This document shows, in pieces, positions 10,850 to 23,587 of a DNA stretch of 51,589 nucleotides. This DNA is from Octopus bimaculoides (Eukaryota). Each line of letters begins with the position of its first letter. Position 1 is the stretch's first letter. The translations under genes and the position numbers were made by a program. The notes beneath the pieces were generated by a model that had not been told where the DNA came from, made no database searches, and worked only from the letters and a program-made list of their open reading frames with translations. Location: contig NC_068982.1 in the NCBI RefSeq assembly GCF_001194135.2, positions 3,617,528 to 3,669,116 of the forward strand, written 5' to 3'.

Positions 10850-11400
10850 CCATTGCGAAGCAAAGTCGACAAAATATAACATCTGATACGGTCTGGTGAT
10901 CAGCAGAAGCTGATAGAGTGTATCCTTCGTACATCTGGGGTGGAAATGAGTGGAACTTCTCCATAAATCTCCTCCTCTTTAGTCTGTTCTCACACTATTA
11001 GACGTTTGATGTCCTCGTGCGAAGCCTAATCTAAAAAGTTCTTTCATAGATTAGGTTTCGGCTCCGTATCGAACTCATCATCTTTCCTCCGAATATATTT
11101 TTCATCTTTATATGTCGGTATAAGTGCAGAAATGCTATAAATGTTAACATGGCGGTTATTTTAAAGAAACTTTAAGGAATACCAACAGAACATTAACTGA
11201 GGCGGGGAGACTCAATTCGTCGACAATACGGCTAAATTCTGCGACTTCTTGAACGGTGTCCCATAGTGATGTTTTCTTTCACCATACATTTTGGCCTAAT
11301 ATCTAGATAATCGTTCATACCTCCCCAGAATATACACAACTTCACACGCAGATGATATCATCCTCACATATTCCAAGCAATCCTCATAAACAGCGGCAAA
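10850..11400 (-). mobile_element. Possible very old RTE-type RT fragment
   Basis: Minus-strand remnant YGAET*SM (cf. YGAETW); heavily decayed. Confidence 0.3.
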
Positions 11401-11619
11401 ACTTATCCAAATCTAATAAACCAGCTAAGAACCTGGCTCTAAAACAACAGGATTACAGTATCGGCAGCTAAATACAACATATTCTTTCTTTGCAACAAGA
11501 GCAGATAACATTAAGCTCGAGTAATAGTCAAACTCAACATGACACATACACAAAAGATGAAAAATACTAAGAACTACACACAACACCTCTAAAACAGTCA
11601 CCGAACAGAAAGGAGACAT

Positions 11620-12630
11620 AACAATGTCACATTCTTAAATCATTCTCAGACAGAAAAGAACAACATCAGTGTAGAATGCCATTCCTGGACCCCAAATCTC
11701 CATACAATAAACTATATTGTGTACCAAATGCTTAGATTTCTTGTTCCTAACTAATAGGTGTTATTTCCTAGCTACATTGTCGAAAAGGAATATAAAATGG
11801 CTAATCTTTTCAAACTTCGACTTTGTAATTTCGGTTATGATATTTTGAAATTTACTCATTTTCCAAAACATTTCAGATTCACTTTCGAGTAACTGATAAA
11901 GAATTTTCTCGAATTTTAGAAAATTCTATAATGTTAAGCATTTTCTAGAGTTTTCATCAAGTCTTACAATCTTCTAGAACTTTCAAGAACTTGCTGCAAT
12001 TTTCTAGAACTTTCCAATAATATAATATGAATATACATACTGGTAAGCCTTAATCTTACAAGTTCAATTTACTTGAACCTAAATGGATAGGTCTACCTTC
12101 ATATATTAGAAATGGCATCAAAGGCTGCAAGATTCTGGTAGATGCACTTTACTGCCGCATATACAATCTATTAAGCAACAACTTCCCCAAAAGCATACTC
12201 TCCACTCCAATGAGGACGAAAAGAGGATGAAACCGATAAACTGACCACGATCTCTCTACCATATGTGAAAGGACTCTCCGAAAAGATACAAAAGATATGC
12301 GGCCCATATGACATCAGGACAGTATTCAAAAGTAATACAACACTTCGCAAATATCTCCTTCAAGTAAACCACCAATAGAAGAGAATATTACTAAGGACTG
12401 CGTGTACTCCATCCCATGCAGCTGTGGTAGGTTATACAAAGGCGAAACATGTCGCCTCCTCAAAATAAGAGTAGAAGAACATCACAAAGCTGTGACATAA
12501 GGAGATATTGATAAATCGGGTATAGCTGATCGTGTATGGAAAAATGGAAACCACCTCCCCCTGTGGGATGAAGTTAAAATAATAGAGAACACCACTGGAA
12601 AATGCGAAAACTAAAAGAAGCCAAAACGTG
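11620..12630 (+). mobile_element. Penelope-like element relic 1 (RT C-terminal remnant plus GIY-YIG endonuclease), apparently interrupted at ~11780-12110
   Basis: EKNN..MPFLD near 11640-11690. 12215-12630 gives TISLPYVKGLSEKIQKICGPYDIRTVFKSNTTLRKYL..CVYSIPCSCGRLYKGETCRLLKIRVEEH..SGIADRVWKNGNHLPLWDEVKII, with stops and frameshifts. Confidence 0.85.
11901..12014. promoter_or_regulatory. Cluster of heat-shock-element-like inverted nGAAn arrays
   Basis: GAAttTTCtcGAA at 11901-11913, TTCtaGAActTTCaaGAA at 11972-11989, TTCtaGAActTTC at 12002-12014. Confidence 0.4.
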
Positions 12631-12639
12631 ACCTGTCTC

Positions 12640-13650
12640 TTTGAGGAAATCGAAATCACCTGAAACCCAAGCTTATGATATCTCTTCACTGACAGCTCAA
12701 AGATGCGTTGCTGCATAATGGGAAAAGTATGTTTCTTCCCTTGGTTCATTTAGCGCAACTGACTGAAGAATGCAAGTGCCAAGACCTTTATGGATGCCTG
12801 GAAGTGTGACGAGTGACTAGGTTTCCGGAGACTGCAAAATGGTAACATTCCTGGTAGGTCTCTAAGGTGGCTCAATACTAAGTTTCACTACAGTCTGTCT
12901 TTGGAACAGCAGAAACACCGTGCACCATGCCACAAGCAGCTCAGAGTACAAAGACTCGAGTTATCAGCAAAGAAGAATAACATCAAGTTTGAGTCATTGG
13001 TGGACCCTTGGAAGTTGTTGTTGTCACCACTGTACATTAAAGAGTTTATGAATCAATTTCTAACAGCTTTTGATAAGGAGTCGGCAAGCTTTAAGTACTT
13101 CCAAGACTCTTTCCTTAGTTGTCTGAGACAAATGTCAAGTCTTGATAAACAAGTTCCTGAAGATCACGAAATCTTTCAAATTAAAGCAACTTGGGACAGC
13201 TTTTTCGATGTGATTTTGAGCTTCCCGGGCAATCACAAGACAGAAAAATATGTAGAATTGTCAAAGATATTGGTAAAGAACTACAACAAAATGGGCGGCA
13301 GATTGTCCTTAAAAGTTCATACCTTTGTCAAGGAGAATATTGGAACGTACTGAAGGAGCAAGGTGGGGGTCTTCCAATAGGATATACTGGATTTCGAACA
13401 CCGTTGTCAAGAAGCGCGTAAGAAAAGAAATGATGATTTGTGAAAGTAATTTGTATAAGTCACAAATCTCGAAAGGCTATTCATTTCTCAAATTTTGTGT
13501 TTGTTGTGATTTTTCTGACCTGACGTGAATGAAAATGTGCAAATTTTCCCGTTCTCCCATAGGAAATAGGTAAATTTCAAAACATCATTATCCAGGTAAC
13601 AAAAGCAAAGCTTTACAGGAAATAATAGCCATTTTCTATACCTTTTCAAC
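12640..13650 (+). mobile_element. Decayed DNA-transposon transposase, Chapaev3-like (CMC superfamily; family name tentative)
   Basis: FMNQFLTAFDKESASFKY, WDSFFDVILSFPGNHKTEKYVELSKILVKNYNKMGGRLSLKVH and frameshifted EQG..FQ*DILDFEHRCQ (cf. EQGERFHQDI). Confidence 0.65.
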
Positions 13651-14499
13651 ACAAGCAATTAGTAAACTCTACTGACTGCTTTGGAACAAAATGTGTGTTT
13701 GATATTTTGATTTCAGAATCAAGGCATTTGCCATGATCACAGAAAAGCAACGCGCTTGTGATGATCACAGGCTGCACAATGACCATATGCACACACACCG
13801 CTTGAATAAGGAAAGCAGAACATTGGGTCATACGAAAGGCGGTGCTTGTTATTGCATCGAGCTCCTATCGTGTTATTACGTACTCAATCACTTCAAAACA
13901 AACACACGCACACACACACACACACACACGCACGCACGCACGTACGCACGCGCGCGCGCGCACACGTGTATATGAAGCACTGAAATACTATTAGAGTAGT
14001 AACCAAAGACAATCACCCCCCCACTCGGTCGAAACAATTATTAAGATATACACTCACACACACATACTCACACACACACGCACACACACTCACACATACT
14101 TACACGGGGTCACCTGGTTCCTATAATAGTCTCCACCACTGTTACAATCACATATTTCGTTGAATGACACAGTGGATAAAATCGAGTCTAGGAGTAACCT
14201 AGACTTTGCGGGGATTAACGACAAGTTCCACACACGTAGGATCATTCGAAACGGAAAGGGATATAATTAAATGTAGAAGTAGTTGTTTAGTCTGGCACTC
14301 TACCGATTCTACTATCCACCAGTCTTCGTATATGTATACACACACTGACATATTCTCTTAATTATACATACGTGTGAATATGTCCCTATTCCAGTGTATA
14401 ACTTCATAAATGTATAGGTCGCTTAATGTACGCGCATTCAGGAATACGTGAACACATACCTTCTCACAGCCCTTCGTGAATTCGCACAAGCACGCGCGC

Positions 14500-14695
14500 A
14501 CGTATGCATATATATGGATGTATGTATATGTTTGTGTGTGTATATGAAAGTACGTATATATATATATAAACAAACAAACATGTCTCTATGTAAATGTGAA
14601 TATATGTGTATATACATGTATATATATGTGTGTGTGTGTGTGTATACATATAGTATATATATGTGTGTGTGTGCGTGTATACATACATATGCAAT

Positions 14696-14732
<37 letters not shown>

Positions 14733-14847
14733 ATATATATATGTATATAATTGCATATCTTGACATTAATTTCAAGTGTTTATTTATATGTGTGCATATA
14801 TATATATATATATTTGTGTGTGTGTGTGTGTGTGACTGTCTCTATAT

Positions 14848-14896
<49 letters not shown>

Positions 14897-15075
14897 CATA
14901 CATGCACATATACAATCATAAACAAATGCTTAGCATAATTACAAAGGTATACATAAATATATTTGTGTGTCTATGTATATATGTGTGTGTATAAATATGC
15001 ATGCACATTGATATACGCAGACAGATAGATAGATATAGATAGATAGATAGATAGATCTAGATAGATAGACAAACC
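14500..15075. repeat. Compound TA/TG/CA/GATA microsatellite tract
   Basis: Directly visible. Confidence 0.9.
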
Positions 15076-15755
15076 TATTAGTATATAGCTACACATATAC
15101 ATATGTGCAGTCATGCCCCGCCTCGTTGCTATTTTACTGCATACCGTAAAGTAGTATGACATGAGGAGAAGAATCAATATTGTTCTGTTGATAAGCCATA
15201 GAAACCATATGAAGCCGATCTACTTTATCATCACGCGGAATGGCACGGACTGACCATCAGGTCTCTGACATTTCCTATTTGACAAAAACCTTTGGCTATT
15301 ACTAATCAGACATGACTGGGGAGATAACGGAATCTTATGTGATTAAAGAATGCTAAAATTTATTACCAAACTCAGCCTTATTAAATGATAGCGAGAGAGA
15401 GAGAGAGAGAGAGAGGAAGAGATGGAGAGAGTGAAATAGGAAAGAGAAGTGTGTGTGTGTGTGTGTGTGCGTATTTGTCAGTGTGCGTGACAGCGCGAAG
15501 GGACAAGATGAGGGGGGGGGGGAAGAGATGGAGAGATGGAAGACTACAGATTTATGTATTAATGCCTGCGTCTAAAGGGGCACCCATTTTATGACCACTC
15601 TCTGACACGCCGCCACACGAGAAGGTTGATGTGTATATTTGTATTTGTATATATGTGTATTCGTGTATGTATGTATGTATGTATGTAAACATTTATATAT
15701 GGAGAGGGAGAGAGACAAACATTCAAAGAGGAACGGACGGAATTGTATAAATGTG

Positions 15756-15918
15756 GGCGCAGGAGTGACTGTATGGTAAGTAGCTTGCTTACTAACCACA
15801 TGGTTCCGGGTTCAGCCCCACTGCGTGGCACCTTGGGCAGGTGTCTTCTACTATAGCCTCGGGCCGACCAAAGCCCTGTGAGTGGATTTTGTAGACGGAA
15901 ACTGAAAGAAGCCTGTCG

Positions 15919-15950
<32 letters not shown>

Positions 15951-16394
15951 TCTTAAAAGATAGAGCTCAAAATCGATGCATTGAAGATACTTTATTGCAG
16001 CAACAATTGTTGTTGCTGTAATAAAGTATCTTNNNNNNNNNNNNNNNNNNNNNNNNNNNNNNNNNNNNNNNNNNNNNNNNNNNNNNNNNNNNNNNNNNNN
16101 NNNNNNNNNNNNNNNNNNNNNNNNNNNNNNNNNNNNNNNNNNNNNNNNNNNNNNNNNNNNNNNNNNNNNNNNNNNNNNNNNNNNNNNNNNNNNNNNNNNN
16201 NNNNNNNNNNNNNNNNNNNNNNNNNNNNNNNNNNNNNNNNNNNNNNNNNNNNNNNNNNNNNNNNNNNNNNNNNNNNNNNNNNNNNNNNNNNNNNNNNNNN
16301 NNNNNNNNNNNNNNNNNNNNATTTGTTCGACTAAAGGCGGTGCTCCAGCATGGCCGCAGTCAAATGACTGAAACAAGTAAAAGAATAAAAGAAT
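15756..16394 (+). mobile_element. SINE family A 5' half (15756-15918) and 3' tail (16321-16394), separated by (TA)n, unrelated bases and an N gap; may be two copies
   Basis: Homology to 3358-3793. Confidence 0.85.
16033..16320. other. Assembly gap (N run)
   Basis: N characters. Confidence 1.
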
Positions 16395-16599
16395 ATTATT
16401 GTGATTAAAATTATGTACAAAATAATCAAGGGTTTACTCTTTCAATCACTTTAATCAAAGTAACTAAAGGGCCAGGAGTAACGTGCGTAACAGTAATCAA
16501 ACCTTGTCTGTGTCGTCAAATCGTTGTCCCCTAAGAGTGTCTTTCAGGGGACAGAACAGGTGGAAGTCGGAGGGTCCCAGATCGGAAATGTACAGTGTA

Positions 16600-17400
16600 T
16601 GGGAAACCAGTGACCGGCCCAGTTTACTTATCACCTGATTTATTGTAAAAGAAGCTTTTTAAGAAACGTCTAATATTAACCCAAAAGAAAATGACCACCA
16701 ATTACACCTTCTTTACAAAAGATCTAATTAATTCTTTTAGAAGTTTTTATATTAAAATTACTGTGAATACAAACAGTAACATAGTCAACCTTTTGGATAT
16801 TACTCTGAATCTAGCATCTGAAACTCACAGCCTTTTTAGAAAAGCTTAATGAGGTTTTATATTCCATTCACAAAGACTCTAACCGCTTGTCTAATATTCT
16901 GGAAGAAACTTACCCAAAAGCATCAGTACCTTGATTAATAAAATATCTTCTAATAAAGGGTATTTTAACAGTGGTTCCGTATTTTATAAAGTTCTAAACA
17001 GATGCTGCTTCAAATATTAGGATAGCATATATCTCTCCACAGAGATTCCTTAATGCTAGAAATGCCAGGAAATTGAAAGTTATATGTTAGAAATCCTTTT
17101 CCAGTTTGAACGTCAGATCCTATATTGTCAAGTTCTTTCTAAATTTAGTTAATAAACACTTTCCTGGTGGCCATAAGTTTCACAAGAATTCTAACAAATA
17201 TAACCCCAAAGTAAATGGTTGCAGCCTGGATGATTCCGCCGATAATTTAGCGAGCATTGATAGGAAATGATTAGTCGCTTCTTCCACTATTGATTCCTGA
17301 CCTCAGTGCAACTTTCTGAACAGGAGAACGTGCCCTTTGTACAGCAAATGCTTTCAGAGTTGAAGACCAATCAACTGTCATTCTCCTTAAATGTCTGGAA
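16600..17400 (+). mobile_element. Penelope-like element relic 2 (RT C-terminal region to Cys-rich linker)
   Basis: IKITVNTNSNIVNLLDITLNL (cf. LKITI..VNFLDVTLNL), NLPKSIS, FLNLVNKHFPGGHKFHK and CNFLNRRTCPLYSKC (cf. CNC..CPL.G.C); many stops. Confidence 0.75.
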
Positions 17401-17459
17401 CGTGTCTGTACCGCGAATTGTGAGCCAGTACATTGAGACATTATTGTAAATTATTTCGT

Positions 17460-17620
17460 AGTGAGCTAGCAGAATTGTGAGTGTGCTGGGCAAAATACTT
17501 AAGGCATTTCTTTCAACGCTTCAAGGAATTTCTTCCGCCTTTTCGAGATCCTTCAGATAAAGTACCAGTCAAGTACGGTAATCGACTCGCTCCCTCACCT
17601 CAAAATTACTGGCCTTGAAT
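17460..17620 (+). mobile_element. SINE family B, degenerate copy
   Basis: GTGAGCTAGCAGAAT..GGCAAAATACTTAAGGCATTTC..GATAAAGTACCAGTC..GTAATCGACT. Confidence 0.6.
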
Positions 17621-17835
17621 CAAAATTAGAATTGTCTTTAATTATTTGATTTCATTATATAATGTAGGACACCAGTAATGCTCCGTATGGCCAGATTTGA
17701 AGAGACTGGTTTTTTTATATACATCCCTATATATGGGAACTTTCTCATTTTTATATTCATGTGTGTGAGAGAGAAGCATGCGTATTTATGTGTTGTATGT
17801 ATATAAATATATAAATATATATATAAAATGTTCTC

Positions 17836-17927
17836 TCACTGGTGTCGATGTAATCGACTTAATCCCGTTGTCTGTCCTTGTTTGTCCCCTTTACGTTTAG
17901 CCCCCTGTGGGCAATAAAGAAATAGAT
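17836..17927 (+). mobile_element. SINE family B, 3' end variant
   Basis: ACTGGTGTCGATGTAATCGACTTAATCCCGTTGTCTGTCC..GGCAATAAAGAAATAG. Confidence 0.7.
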
Positions 17928-18063
17928 ATACTATGAGCTTGGTTTGTACTTTCAGAAAATGGTTTCTGAAAGAGTTTTCCGAAAGCAACATGAGCACCTC
18001 GAATCCTGCCTTCGACAGCTTTTGTGGAGGAGATGCCTTCGACGTAAGGGATTTCGTCCCCCT

Positions 18064-18270
18064 TTTACTATAGCCATAAGGCCTGAAATTTTGGGAGTGG
18101 AGGCAAGTCGATTACATGGACCCCAGTGTATCACTGGTACTTATTTTAACGATTACGAAAGGATGAAAAGAAAAGGCGACCTCGACCAAATTTGAACACA
18201 GAAAGACGGACAAAATGCCTCCAAACATTTTGTCCGGCATGCTAACGATTCTGCCAGTTTGCTGCCCTCG
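18064..18270 (-). mobile_element. SINE family B, near full length
   Basis: Reverse complement of GGCAGAATCGTTAGCATGCCGGACAAAATG..TTCAAATT..GAGGTCGCC..TAAGTACCAGT. Confidence 0.85.
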
Positions 18271-18649
18271 CTGGTTCATGATAATAACGGTTTCTGTTAT
18301 TAATACAAGACCACAAGTATTTAGGGACGAGTACAGCCAACTCAATGGGAACCAGGTCAAAACTGGTACTTATTCTATGGGACCGTAACTGAAAGAAAGA
18401 AGGCCGTCGACCACGTTAGTCATGGAATTCCTGAAGGTCTTTGCCAGTTGAGTATCTACACGTGTAAAATCTTCAAAGTAGAGGCCTGAGAACATCAAGC
18501 AAGTCTACCCTCTCTCTCTCTCTACTTCACCGATTTCGTCCAAGAGAAAGACAAGGGTAACATAGCCTTGACACCTGTTTTGCTGCAGACGAAGAAACTC
18601 AAAAACGAGAATAAATGCAAAAAGTGACAATTTGTCCGACGCTCCAAAT

Positions 18650-18800
18650 TCCACCATTCCATCGGTTTAGACTGGTATTTTATTTCGTGGATCCTGAAGA
18701 AACGAGAAGCAAAGTTTATGCAGGTAGGGTTTGAACTCAGAATATGACGAAACAGAAAAACTATTGTTAAACACCTCTGACGATTCGGCCAACCCACCAC
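18650..18800 (-). mobile_element. SINE family B, degenerate copy
   Basis: ACTGGTATTTTATTT..TTTGAACTCAGAAT..GATTCGGCCAAC. Confidence 0.55.
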
Positions 18801-20080
18801 CTTCGATCTCCTAACATATGTATTTCGTATAGTATGGGGTGTGGGTCGAGGTGGGCTAAATATTGGCCCAGAGTTACATAATTATTGGAATGGGTAGAAG
18901 ATCGCATATTTATGGACCATCTCAGCAATTTCACCAAATTATTCATTCTTATTTTACCAAGCAGTGAGTAAATATCATGTTTTACCGATTCTATCATCCA
19001 TCGCCCTCTAGTTGCTTGAATATAAACTAAACTCTCTACCGATTCTGTCTTCAACCGTCATTTAGTTAACCAAAAATTGCTGCACTCTACTTATTCTGTC
19101 CTCTAATAGACTAAATATCGCGTTACCGATTCTATTCTCCTCCAGCTTCAAGATGATTAATTCCACATTCTACTCTGTCTTCCATCCCACTGAGTTGACT
19201 AATTACCGCATTCTATCAAGTGTAACCTCCATAGGCTTCTAGTTGATTAAATATTAGAACCAATATTAATTTATAAAATTGAAATGAGGCCACTAATTAT
19301 GGCAGAGTGTAGTTGATTAAATAGACCACAATATTTATCTTATTTTATCGATCCTGAGGGGATTTGAACGCGGAAGGAAAAGAAATAGGAGCTAAACATG
19401 TCAGTGCTGTATCGATTCTGCCAACCGCATCACTTTCATTGATTAAATCTTAAAATCGGTGTTAAATTGAATAATAGAATCTAGAAGGACAGCCTGGTGA
19501 CCGACACTGTAAAAGATAAACGAGGCAGCGGAGTCAATGATCTAAATACCAGTGTTGTACTGGGAAACCGCTGAACCTACCACCACCACCATCTGAATAT
19601 GTGAAGCCTTGTACCAGTTGAAGAAATCAATATTTAAATCTTGATTTGAACATTGGAAAATTGAACATGTAGAATAGAATCGATATATTTATTCATTTCT
19701 TTATAATCATTGCTGATAACTTGGGCATTGTTGTTTTAGTAAGAAATTACAGCTCTACATTTGGAAACAATGAAATATAATCAAAAAAATCTTCACATTG
19801 TTTGTTTAACCTAGCAACGGCTGCAAGGCTTTCTTTTAATGAAAATATTTCATTTTTTCGCCTTTTATATGAATTATCTTTTATTTTTATTACTAATGTG
19901 TCGCATTTTATTAAAATCAGAAAATATTGAAATTAGGGTGGAAAATACAAAATAAAAGCAAAACGTAACAAAAAAAAGAAAAGAATAAAAAGAAACTAAC
20001 CAGACAGGAGACTATTTCATTAATTTTGTTTGATTGACAAAATCCCATTTCTGGGCTAAATTGATAATTATATCAAATAT

Positions 20081-20117
<37 letters not shown>

Positions 20118-20587
20118 TATAAGAAAAATAACAAAGAAAACCGAAAGACGCAATGACAATACCAACATCCAGAAAACACCACCACTGCCACCACATCCAA
20201 CAAGAAGAAGAAGAACAATAACAACAATAATAATAAATAATAATGAATATGATGGAGATTATATTTGACAAGAAGCTTATTTTGTTGTTTTCACTTAGCA
20301 CATAACAGAGCAGATATGAAGAAGCTGCGATATTTTCTTCTTCTCTATTTTACTCGAAGCTAAGATGCGAATATATAGGATGGATAATGTAAATAACCCA
20401 AATAAATAAGCATCCTTAAGTATTTAGATACACACACACACACACGCACACACACAGAAATATGTTGCACATAAAAACACATGCGTATATATATGCGTGT
20501 GTGCGAGTGTAAGTGTGTGTGTGACATCCACATGTAAGAATATCTGTATTCTGCATGAGTATAAATATATATACATACAATGACACA

Positions 20588-20628
<41 letters not shown>

Positions 20629-20639
20629 NNNNNNNNNNT

Positions 20640-20778
20640 ATATGAGACGAGCTTCTTCCAGTTTCCGTCTGCCAAATTCACTCACAAGGCTTTGGTTGGC
20701 CCAATACTATAGCAGAACACTCAGTGGGACTGAACCCGGAACCATGTGGTTGGGAAGCAAGCTATTACCACACACCCA
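20640..20778 (-). mobile_element. SINE family A, 5' half
   Basis: Homologous to 15756-15918, with an internal deletion. Confidence 0.85.
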
Positions 20779-21264
20779 TATATAAACATATGTATGTATG
20801 TATGTATGTATATGTATATACACATCCACACTCGTACACACAGGATAGACAAATTCTTTATCAACAACGATCCCCTCTAATCAGATTTGTATTTAAAAAA
20901 AAATATTATCGCTTTACGAAGGCTTTACAATAGTCTTACACTCGATGAATTCTGAAACGAATAAAACAAAAGAATATATAATAATATTTAAAATGACATT
21001 AAGATATAATAACTTTTTAAGTAAAGCGTTTCTTTATTATTCAAGGATTTTTCTGTTCTTTTAAATTACAGAGGAATGAAAATAGCCGTGATATATGTTT
21101 ATCCAACGAAAGAGCAGAAAACAAACAGTAGAAAAATTCATTCAAACACGCCCTGCTCTCTTTTTAAAAAAGGGACACATCGGGAAAGGATGTCTGATGC
21201 TATCAAGAGCCTTGGACATTTTGTATTTGCAAAGTGTGTGTTGCTTCTCTTGTGCAGATGTAAC

Positions 21265-21392
21265 ATCTGACTAGATTGGGGGGGGCACGTGAAATGAAGC
21301 ACCTTGAGCAAGGAGATAATACACTGCTTGGGCTGGGATTCGAGCCCACAACCTGATGATTGTGTGTACAATAGTCTAACTACTAGGCCACG
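21265..21392 (-). mobile_element. SINE family C fragment (tRNA-like head plus central domain)
   Basis: Minus strand GTGGCCTAGTAGTTAGAC..GGCTCGAATCCC..CCTTGCTCAAGGTGCTTCATTTCACGTG. Confidence 0.5.
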
Positions 21393-23154
21393 GACCTTTG
21401 ACCATAGGTCTGCTCAATTAAGGCTAAACTGGGGGTCATGCAGCGACAGCTTAGCATTGCTTGAGTCAACGAGGTGACTTAGTGTGATGGCCAAAACTGT
21501 TAAAAATAGGAACATATTTTCCTCAGATCACATTCCACTATCTTAAGATAAGAACGCATCCAATAACGTAGATCTAGATACACTATGGCTGAAATAAAAG
21601 ATGAGCGTGGTCCATCTTGGCACCAGTTTTGTGTTAGATTCTGTGGTAAAAATACTTAACTGCCGACTCTACCTTGTTGTTACTATTGTTGTTGTTCACT
21701 TCAAGGCAACTTCTGATTGAACAGACTAAGAATCACTGATATCGTACCAATGCTATCTACTCTTTCTGGGTATATGAGACTACATTGTCTAATGTATCCT
21801 TTCCTTTTTAAAAGAAGGCAGCGTGTGATTTGATGGAATTTAGTTCCTATCTGTAGCAAGTTGAGCGACTGTATACATGCTGTATAATCACAGCTATAGT
21901 CCGGGGCGGGATCACTGTATAATTGATAAGAGACTTTGCCGCCTTTTTGTACTGAAGTCTCTCTCACCACTGTTAAGTCGGCCATAACCAGAGAGTCCTA
22001 CCTATCCAGAGATAAATGTATCTCTCATCTATTTAATAAGCTAGAAACCTGCAGAAATAACTGGTATTTACTTGAGAAAGGTTGAGCATATGTTTACTCT
22101 ATTGATATCAGATTAATGGACACAGAGAAATAATGTATACTAAAATCATTAACTCCGTAAATAAAAAGAAATGACCACAACCAGGAATAGAAACTGAATT
22201 CTTAACGCTGTTCGACAAATGATGTCAAAACTGTTTTCTTAAATTTTCAAGAAGGGTTTCAATTTGTAGAAGAGAAATATACTTACTTGAATATTTGCCC
22301 AGTAAATGACATTTATTTAATGTCGGGTGGGGTGGTGAAAGACAAAGAAACATGAACATCAACTGTCAGGCAATTCATTTCGATGGTCTACCGATCTGTC
22401 TGTTCAACAATGTCTTTGAAGAAACTGAGGAACATCTCTCTCTCTCTCTCTCCACAAGCCACCATATCTTAAGGGAAAAGCTATATACTGCAACTTTCAC
22501 ATGTTTTTCAAAGCTATTTCTAACATAAGTACACTGGACTCATGTCAACCGAGAATTGAAATTCAGTTGTCATCTTCGATTAGCCAAAAGTATATTTCTT
22601 GGTTTTTCGGCGTCTCTCCAAATCACATTTACTGAAATGAAAGAATAGTTGACATGTGAAGAGACTAATTATGTTTCTTTTTCTTTAATTCTCACCACCG
22701 TATAGTAATGAACGAAAACTTAGAGACAGATCAGCTCTGCAGTGATACAGTATCCCACTACTTTTACTGAAATAAGTCGCATGGTTACTATAACAATTGT
22801 TATGTCGAAGATAAGACGTAAAAGCCGAGTCCTCCGAAATGTTTTCTGTAGACTCGGCCTGCTGTGGATTTCGTAATAAATTTATTGAATTCCTCTGGTG
22901 CATGTTTTCGCAACGGACAGCAATTCTGCTCAAGTGTTTTCCGCTGTTTTTCTCTTCTTCCCTGTTTCTCATTGGCTGCTGACAGCCATTGAAAGTCCTC
23001 TTGAAATTTTTGATGTCGTCTGGTCCGTGGTCTCCCCTGTCTTCCTCCACCAATTGATATCCATCTCAATTCTCGCTTTTGCATACATATGCTCTAGCTA
23101 CCACTGGATAGAATCACTGTCGCATTTTTGTTGATTTCAAATATTGGAACAAGG

Positions 23155-23299
23155 CTAGAAATTTCTGGTACTTATTTTAACGACCTCGAAAGGATGAACA
23201 GCAACGTCGACCTCCGCGGAGTTTGAACACAGAACGTAAAGGCGAACGAAATGCTAAGAATTTTGCCCTGCGAGCTAACGAATCTGTCAGTTTGCCGCC
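23155..23299 (-). mobile_element. SINE family B
   Basis: Homologous to 18130-18270. Confidence 0.8.
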
Positions 23300-23303
23300 T
23301 TAA

Positions 23304-23587
23304 CCCATTAAGTACCAAATTTTTTTATTCATTTTTTCTAGCGGAGGGCTTTGCCAAGTGTCTTAGGAGTTAAAATAATGTATAGTGTTCAAAAATTGCG
23401 ATTTATGACATAAAATGTCCTCTATAATTAACCGGAGCAAATTATGACAAACTTTAACTACTAAATATTGTTAAACACACCTCTGCAAATGCAATGCACA
23501 TAAGCAATTCCCTTGAAATACAACAAAGAACCAGCAGTGAGACTGTTTTTAGCAAATCCCCAAAGGGGGTTCGGGGCAGGATATGGG
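23304..23587. mobile_element. Possible piggyBac-type MITE
   Basis: TTAA(23300-23303)-CCCAT...ATGGG-TTAA(23588-23591); the TIR match is only 5 bp. Confidence 0.3.

Noticed and set aside
12901-13353. 150-aa ORF as an intact gene
   Set aside because: It is an internal piece of a frameshifted transposase pseudogene with a TTG start
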